From a virus: a stretch of 64,000 nt of DNA. Position numbers and translations under genes: made by a program. Below are positions 58,686-64,000 of this stretch, piece after piece (the stretch's first letter is position 1; each line of letters begins with the position of its first letter). Below the pieces are notes generated by a model, which saw only the letters and a list, made by a program, of their open reading frames with translations, was not told the origin of the DNA and did no database searches. The stretch lies in the IMG/VR virus record IMGVR_UViG_3300043446_003110, one strand, 5' to 3'.

Positions 58686-59295
58686 GAGTCAAGCAAACGC
58701 TTGTTGGTTATGTCGGGCCGAGTAACCGTAAAACTGAGGATCAGTGTCCTAGGAAACGCTGGTTCTAATCGGTCAAACAATACAAACATTCGTGGGTCTA
58801 TGCTCAGGGACTAGATAAGGTTAAGCCATTACGATAAACCTACTGTCCGTCATGCGGGTCATGCGGGGTGGGGTTGACAGCGGGCTTAAACGCTGTATAG
58901 TAGTGCTTATCTATGGGGGATAGCGTCCTCACCACGATTCAATACAAGGACCATCGGTTGTACAAGCCGGAAAAAATGTGAATAGAGTTTGTTTAAGAAG
59001 GCGAATGTCTTCCGCTCTATTGTGGCCCTTACAATACAATCACACGTTGGATATTATCCTTTACTATGTATGGCGAACAGCCTAGACATTGCAATGCTAC
59101 ATGGCCGTGTGATACAATACAACCAGTAACCGTTCCCAAGAGCCAGACCAAAACGGGTCTTATGTGCTAGCAATGCCCGTTTTGCAGGGAGGATTTCCGT
59201 GGACGGTTTCCACCAGTTTTAACCTTGCTCCAAGGGTTCAAAATATCGGAGTATTGGTGGATTATAGGATCGGGGCGTAAAAGATCCGCTGGTAA
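58686..59295 (+). ncRNA. Putative array of five structured ncRNAs separated by CAATACAA
   Basis: No + strand ORF; own sigma70 promoter; 6-9-bp stems within the units. Confidence 0.6.
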
Positions 59296-59303
59296 CAAAA
59301 CAT

Positions 59304-59501
59304 ATGAAAATAACTAAACAACAAATAACCGACGCTCTTGGTATTGATAGTGATGATCTATCTAAGAAAGAACTCACTATTGCACTAAGAAATCTTGAGA
59401 ATATACTTGACGATGTTGCAGAAGATATTGAAGATGATTTTAAATCTGCTGCTTTAGGCGATGCTTCTAACCTAATCCAAATGATAAGGAACGGGCTGTG
59501 A
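59304..59501 (+). CDS. Hypothetical protein
   Basis: 65 aa. Confidence 0.65.
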   Translation: MKITKQQITDALGIDSDDLSKKELTIALRNLENILDDVAEDIEDDFKSAALGDASNLIQMIRNGL

Positions 59502-59665
59502 CCGACAAAGAAAAGGCGATGCTTAAGATTCTGAAAGTCTTGAAGAGCATGATGGGCGTCACTAATAGATTTAATCGTGAAGAAGCCTTGACTCTCGCCA
59601 AAGAGCATGGTATAACTGTGGAAGATTTGATTGATATGGCACACCAAATAGCAATGAGTGTCTAA
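59498..59665 (+). CDS. Hypothetical protein (55 aa)
   Basis: GTG start overlapping upstream stop; manual translation. Confidence 0.55.
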   Translation: MTDKEKAMLKILKVLKSMMGVTNRFNREEALTLAKEHGITVEDLIDMAHQIAMSV

Positions 59666-59940
59666 TGGAATGGATTAGTTTTCATGGGCCTCGTCGCCCA
59701 ATCAATGGTCAAAAAATCATCTATTATGGTGAGGCTATTGGTGTGTGGCGTGGGGTTTATAAGATAAACTATGAGGATAAGTTTTGTATTCATAATATCT
59801 ACTGTGAGGATGGTTGGGGAAATGTAGATTATATGGATGCTCCATGGTGGATGCCAGATTTAGGACAAGAGAAACCACAACCACCTAGTGAAGATTACCC
59901 TCCCGATTACCCTTGGATTACTAATAAGGAAAACAAATGA
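59665..59940 (+). CDS. Hypothetical protein (DUF551-like)
   Basis: MEWIS...P...WWMP pattern. Confidence 0.55.
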   Translation: MEWISFHGPRRPINGQKIIYYGEAIGVWRGVYKINYEDKFCIHNIYCEDGWGNVDYMDAPWWMPDLGQEKPQPPSEDYPPDYPWITNKENK

Positions 59941-60293
59941 TTAACGTTGGTATGACGATTCGTGAGATGGTGAGCATTGCTACTTCCACCAACAGCCCCG
60001 ATCTTTACGAGAGGATCATCAAGGCTTTGGAACTGGCTACTGGCAATGAGAAGTTGCTGGTGGCTTGCAAGGGTGTTGACTATGATGGTCAATACTGGGA
60101 TCACAAGATCGCTGCCATTAAGGTTCTGCGTCTGGCTACCGGTTGGGGACTCAGGGAGAGCAAGGATTGGGTTGAGAGTTGCCAATACGACTCCAAGACC
60201 AACTTCTCGCCTCCTCTTGATCCCGCTTCAGCACAAAAACTGTGCGACGAACTCAAGGCGTGTGGTATGGCTTGTTGGACCACTAACTCTTGA
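59937..60293 (+). CDS. Protein with ribosomal L7/L12 C-terminal-like domain
   Basis: KIAAIKVLRLATGWGLRESKDWVE resembles the bL12 CTD motif. Confidence 0.7.
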   Translation: MINVGMTIREMVSIATSTNSPDLYERIIKALELATGNEKLLVACKGVDYDGQYWDHKIAAIKVLRLATGWGLRESKDWVESCQYDSKTNFSPPLDPASAQKLCDELKACGMACWTTNS

Positions 60294-60300
60294 AGCTCGC

Positions 60301-60382
60301 CTTAAGTCCTTATCCCACAAGGATTTAGGACCAAGGCGGCGGGCCGCGTTTGCCGTAAGTCCTTACCTCACAACGACTTATG
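60301..60382 (+). repeat. 82-bp element copy 9
   Basis: Palindromes at 60301 and 60354. Confidence 0.95.
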
Positions 60383-60487
60383 ACGAATAAATATTTTTTC
60401 AAGGAACAGGGGTTGACAGGACGATATACTATGGTAGAATGATTGAAGTAATGGTTGATAACACTAACACTTGTAAGGAGTTTGATT

Positions 60488-60751
60488 ATGCAGAAGTATA
60501 CGTTTGTGGTTGATGTGGTTTCGGATTCGGCTATCGACGCGAACGCTGTTCGTGCTTCGCTGCTGGAGACTGTGGATGGTATCGGTACGATTTCTGCCGT
60601 GCATCCGGCGAAGGTTGATTCGCTCAAGGAGCAGGGCTTCAAGGTTTGGCGGGCTAGGGTTGCTGGCGTCAAGGAACCGCCGAAGGTCAAGGCTCCCAAG
60701 GCTCCCAAGGCTGCGAAGGCCGAGGCCGAGGTTGCTACGGCGACCGCTTGA
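60488..60751 (+). CDS. Protein with Lys/Ala/Pro-rich tail
   Basis: PKVKAPKAPKAAKA; AAGGAG RBS. Confidence 0.75.
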   Translation: MQKYTFVVDVVSDSAIDANAVRASLLETVDGIGTISAVHPAKVDSLKEQGFKVWRARVAGVKEPPKVKAPKAPKAAKAEAEVATATA

Positions 60752-60838
60752 TTTTCTAAAGATTGTCTGCTAGAATGTCGATACTGGTGAAGTAGTAGTA
60801 GCCAGTATCCATTCTAGCCCACTAACTAGGAGATTACA

Positions 60839-61198
60839 ATGGGTTTGGATCAGTTCGCACATGCTGTCGATAACAATGGAGAGAAGGAAGAACTCGCCTA
60901 CTGGCGTAAGCATCCTAATCTTCAAGGTTGGATGGAGGATCTGTGGGTTAGTAAGGGTCGCCCTAATGCCCACGAAGATAATCCCAACGAGTTTAACTGT
61001 ATTCCAGTTGAACTTACTAAGGAAGATCTGGATAGTCTAGAGCAGGATGTTACTAATGCTAATCTGCCAGACACCGTAGGTTTTTTCTTTGGTAGCAATA
61101 GCGATGCTGTCTACGGGCAACAAGACTTGGAGTTTGTTATGAAGGCCCGAGAGGCTCTTGACAACGGACTGACCGTAGTGTATGATAGTTGGTGGTGA
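60839..61198 (+). CDS. Hypothetical phage protein
   Basis: MGLDQ...YWRKHPNLQGWM...YDSWW. Confidence 0.8.
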   Translation: MGLDQFAHAVDNNGEKEELAYWRKHPNLQGWMEDLWVSKGRPNAHEDNPNEFNCIPVELTKEDLDSLEQDVTNANLPDTVGFFFGSNSDAVYGQQDLEFVMKAREALDNGLTVVYDSWW

Positions 61199-61224
61199 CA
61201 TTCCGATAATAACGAGGAAATAAG

Positions 61225-61368
61225 ATGAAGATTCTTGGTTTGAATGACGATACTAAGTACGGTAAGGTGGTTAGTATCTCGCGTGATGGTGTGACGTTTG
61301 ATTCTAATGGTAAGAGGGTTGTGTATACCCTCGCTGATGTTGAGAAGATGTTTACTCAAGGAGAATGA
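61225..61368 (+). CDS. Small hypothetical protein (47 aa)
   Basis: GAGG RBS; manual translation. Confidence 0.6.
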   Translation: MKILGLNDDTKYGKVVSISRDGVTFDSNGKRVVYTLADVEKMFTQGE

Positions 61369-61583
61369 AGATGTCGAATAACTTTGCTAGCCTTCGTAAG
61401 AACCGCCATATCAAGTGCAAGTATCCGCTGCACGGTAATAAGAACGTGCTGAAGTATCACGTTGGTCGTATTGAGCGTGTTGGTACTGGTCCGAATGGCC
61501 GATATGCCGTGGTTCGTTCTATGGACCAGACTGTGCGTACACTGTTGTGCGACAAGATGATCGAAACGAAGTGCTATCGTTGA
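61365..61583 (+). CDS. Small basic protein
   Basis: 72 aa, AAGGAG RBS. Confidence 0.65.
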   Translation: MKMSNNFASLRKNRHIKCKYPLHGNKNVLKYHVGRIERVGTGPNGRYAVVRSMDQTVRTLLCDKMIETKCYR

Positions 61584-61640
61584 TTCTCCCTTGAGTGTAC
61601 GGGTGGCGTGTGGTATAATAGCCCGCGTCACCCGTATCAT

Positions 61641-61716
61641 GGGGCGTAAGGTAAGCCGGTTGCATCCGACACTCTTATAAGGTGTTCATAGGTACGTTCG
61701 ACTCGTACACGCCCTA
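61641..61716 (+). tRNA. tRNA-Ile(UAU)
   Basis: GGGGCGT/ACGCCCT acceptor, ACACT-CTTATAA-GGTGT anticodon arm, GTACG-TTCGACT-CGTAC T arm; atypical D arm. Confidence 0.8.
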
Positions 61717-61864
61717 CTGTTCTTTTTTGTAACAGTTTAGGGAGATCATTTGATAGAACTCATGATTATGATTTTCGTTTGGAGTATGTTGTATCAAGAT
61801 AAGTAAATCGGAATAGTTTGACTAATAAAGTAACCAATATTCCCCCAAACATTTAGAGGTAAAC

Positions 61865-62044
61865 ATGCAAGTAAAAGAAGTCAAAATCATGATGCATCTA
61901 TGTCTGCATAACATGCCCGATGTCAAGACTAAGGCAGAGATAGCAGAGACAATCAATCGTTATATTTACGAAGACCCCGAGTTCTTTGGTCAGATTGACG
62001 AAGATAACATTCTAGATGTAAGAGAGTATGAGGTTAACGTATGA
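61865..62044 (+). CDS. Hypothetical protein (59 aa)
   Basis: GAGG RBS; ATGA coupling. Confidence 0.6.
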   Translation: MQVKEVKIMMHLCLHNMPDVKTKAEIAETINRYIYEDPEFFGQIDEDNILDVREYEVNV

Positions 62045-62253
62045 ACGAACTGGTAGCCACCTATGTTATGGATGATGTACACTATGATATTTATGCGTGT
62101 TATGATTCTGCTGATGCTATGGATATTCGTGATGTATCTTTCTATGACGTTTACAACCAAAAGACGGGAGAATGTGTAAACGAGGGTTATCCCTTGTATA
62201 CTATGCCAACGTGGAATGACGTTTTCCATATCTATTACTCACCGGTGAAATAA
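62041..62253 (+). CDS. Hypothetical protein
   Basis: 70 aa. Confidence 0.65.
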   Translation: MNELVATYVMDDVHYDIYACYDSADAMDIRDVSFYDVYNQKTGECVNEGYPLYTMPTWNDVFHIYYSPVK

Positions 62254-62435
62254 TGTACCACTACGTTACTATAGAAGTTGTTATGCGTAACTGTAAATCA
62301 GCAGAGGACGCTAAACAGAAATGCGAGGCTTTACTTCCCCAGTTTCCAGATGAGAATACAACCTATATGGAGTCGTGGGAAATAACTAGGTCTGTTTCTC
62401 CGTTTGCCGTAAGTCCTGTGCCACCAAATGTTTAG
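62253..62435 (+). CDS. Hypothetical protein; C-terminus runs into repeat copy 10
   Basis: 60 aa. Confidence 0.5.
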   Translation: MYHYVTIEVVMRNCKSAEDAKQKCEALLPQFPDENTTYMESWEITRSVSPFAVSPVPPNV

Positions 62436-62489
62436 GACCGACGCGGCCCGCCCCGCTGATCGTAAGTCCTTATCTACCAACAACTTACG
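62408..62489 (-). repeat. 82-bp element copy 10 (inverted)
   Basis: Palindromes at 62408 and 62461, CGCGGCCCGCCCC core. Confidence 0.92.
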
Positions 62490-62564
62490 TCTAGAAGAAA
62501 AAACTAATGCTGACCCCTTGACTCTGCCGATACTCATGGTATGATGGTTGAAAAGGAGACAGTT

Positions 62565-62792
62565 ATGGTTGCTGCGGTTCGTGATACTATTTGCGATGCT
62601 TTTTGCAAGCACTGTGGGCGTCAGTTTGTATTGACGTTTGATGAGAGTGATATGTATGATTGGTTGAGCGGTTCGCTGCCCATCCAAAATGCTTTGCCAT
62701 ATCTTTCTGCTAACGAGCGTGAACTGCTTTTGAGCGGAACGTGCGGCGACTGTTTCGACAAAATGTTTTCGCCCCTTGACAGCGACGAGTGA
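62565..62792 (+). CDS. Zinc-finger protein
   Basis: CKHCG...IQNALPYLSANERELLLSGTCGDC; AAGGAG RBS before ATG 62565. Confidence 0.7.
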   Translation: MVAAVRDTICDAFCKHCGRQFVLTFDESDMYDWLSGSLPIQNALPYLSANERELLLSGTCGDCFDKMFSPLDSDE

Positions 62793-62837
62793 CCCTGTAT
62801 AATACCAAAAGTTGATAACCCACTACTTAGGAGATTG

Positions 62838-64000
62838 ATGATGACTGCCTATAACAAGTTGACGATTGACAGCAACCCCAATGCCGGTTCTTTTGTTCGC
62901 ACTCTCGTCGGTGCTACTGGTACTGGTTTCGCTGAAGGTACGCACGTTCACAAGGATTGGTGGAGCAAGACCAAAACCTACGAGCAAGTCATGCAGGATG
63001 CTCACGTTGCGGTTGAGAACCGCGAGGATATTCTGACTGAGCGTAAGAACATTACCTGTGTTGGTAATGATAAGGGATTTTTTCTGAAGTTGAACGATGG
63101 ACGAGAGTTTCGCCCTACGGACCACGCCATTGAACAGTTTAGCGTTCGCGTGGGTGTTACCTCGTCCTCGTTCCTTCGTGAAATGCGTAACATCGAAGGT
63201 TTCGACGTTGCGGATGCTGATACGATGGCATACGTTGGCAACAATGCTCTGCGGCGTATCGACGCTGACAAGACGTTTCGCCTGCGTACCTATACGGATG
63301 GAACGTGCCGTGCGTTCGTGACTGAGCAGTATGCTCCGGTTGACAATCGCTGGTATCTGGAAACCCTCGCGGAGTTTATTCCCGGTGGTCGTTTCAGTCA
63401 CTGGCGTGGCGATGAGGATACCATCTATGGTAACGTCCTTATCCCCGATACCATCATGGACTACGGTGCTGATGATAGTGATTACGGTGGAATGATTAGC
63501 GTTGGTAACTGCGAGATCGGTACTCGCCGCATTAGTCAGACGCCTAGCCTGTTCCGTTCGATTTGTATGAACGGTTGCATTTGGGGTCAGACTGCCGGTG
63601 AGAAGATTCGCCGTGTCCATCGCGGTAATATCGACCTTGACAAACTGAAGTTGGAAATCGCTCAGAATATCCAGCAACAGGTTCCGCTCCTCGCTCCGGG
63701 TATCAAGCAGTTCCTCGCTACCCGTGCTATGGAAACTGGCAAGGCTAGCGTCAAGGGTATCGTGGCTGCGGTTGCGTCAGATTACAAACTGACCAAGCGT
63801 GAGGCTACGGAGTTCCTTGACCAGTATATTACTCTGGAATCTGGAGAGCGTAACCTGTTCGGTATTATCAACGGTCTGACCCGTGCGGGACAGGTGTTTG
63901 ATAATAAGACTTGGGTAAGGTTTGACGAGATCGCTGGTAGTCTGATGGAAACGTCCTCAGACCGCTGGGCTACGATCCTGCGTCGTGCTGATACCTTCAC
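62838..64000 (+). CDS. DUF932-like protein (partial, runs off window)
   Basis: Open frame from ATG 62838 with AGGAG RBS; RAFVTEQYAPVDN, VGNCEIG, LFRSICMNG, HRG motifs. Confidence 0.7.
   Translation, partial: MMTAYNKLTIDSNPNAGSFVRTLVGATGTGFAEGTHVHKDWWSKTKTYEQVMQDAHVAVENREDILTERKNITCVGNDKGFFLKLNDGREFRPTDHAIEQFSVRVGVTSSSFLREMRNIEGFDVADADTMAYVGNNALRRIDADKTFRLRTYTDGTCRAFVTEQYAPVDNRWYLETLAEFIPGGRFSHWRGDEDTIYGNVLIPDTIMDYGADDSDYGGMISVGNCEIGTRRISQTPSLFRSICMNGCIWGQTAGEKIRRVHRGNIDLDKLKLEIAQNIQQQVPLLAPGIKQFLATRAMETGKASVKGIVAAVASDYKLTKREATEFLDQYITLESGERNLFGIINGLTRAGQVFDNKTWVRFDEIAGSLMETSSDRWATILRRADTF

Larger units (their letters stand above)
47798..62803 (+). promoter_or_regulatory. More than 20 sigma70-type early promoters
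   Basis: TTGAC(A/G/T)-N16/17-TA(T/G/C)(A/G)AT, -35 boxes at e.g. 47798, 48129, 48860, 49148, 50704, 51416, 52217, 52833, 53363, 53837, 54452, 55053, 56859, 57263, 57511, 58654, 60413, 61158, 62518, 62776, plus variants at 50018, 50207, 60748, 61591. Confidence 0.85.

Noticed and set aside
58734-58757. Hammerhead-like CTGAGGA...GAAAC
   Set aside because: No convincing stem II between the core motifs; an alternative hairpin (GGATCAGTGT/ACGCTGGTTC) explains the segment
61717-61860. Possible ncRNA after tRNA-Ile
   Set aside because: Only weak, mismatched end-pairing; not enough support
47605-62489. 82-bp elements or 18-bp repeats as a CRISPR array
   Set aside because: The elements are degenerate and kilobases apart, the 18-mers have no spacers, and no cas genes are seen
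47404-64000. Minus-strand ORFs in the early arm (e.g. 57312..58049, 62823..63677)
   Set aside because: Antisense to + strand genes that have promoters and RBSs

Overview
Segment of a large tailed dsDNA phage (Caudoviricetes), probably long-tailed and non-contractile because no sheath gene is recognisable. It reads in the standard code. 1-47.4 kb is an AT-rich minus-strand late block: tape measure, tail tube, neck, many fibre-like proteins, capsid, portal, terminase, ClpP, ERCC4 and HNH nucleases, a gmd/methyltransferase/2xGT2 glycosylation cassette and a sigma-like factor, punctuated by a GTGTATA late-promoter motif. After a strand switch at about 47.5 kb comes a plus-strand early/accessory arm with about 45 small ORFs, more than 20 near-consensus sigma70 promoters and six tRNAs, including a rare tRNA-Ile(UAU). 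The most unusual signals are non-coding and confined to this arm. (i) Ten copies of an 82-bp element: two 29-bp palindromes starting exactly 53 bp apart around an oriented GGGCGGGCCGCG box. (ii) At least 12 sigma54 -24/-12 boxes in 3.7 kb, several in tandem or head-to-head. (iii) A 620-bp array of five structured RNA-like units separated by CAATACAA linkers. All calls come from reading the sequence; no database searches were run.
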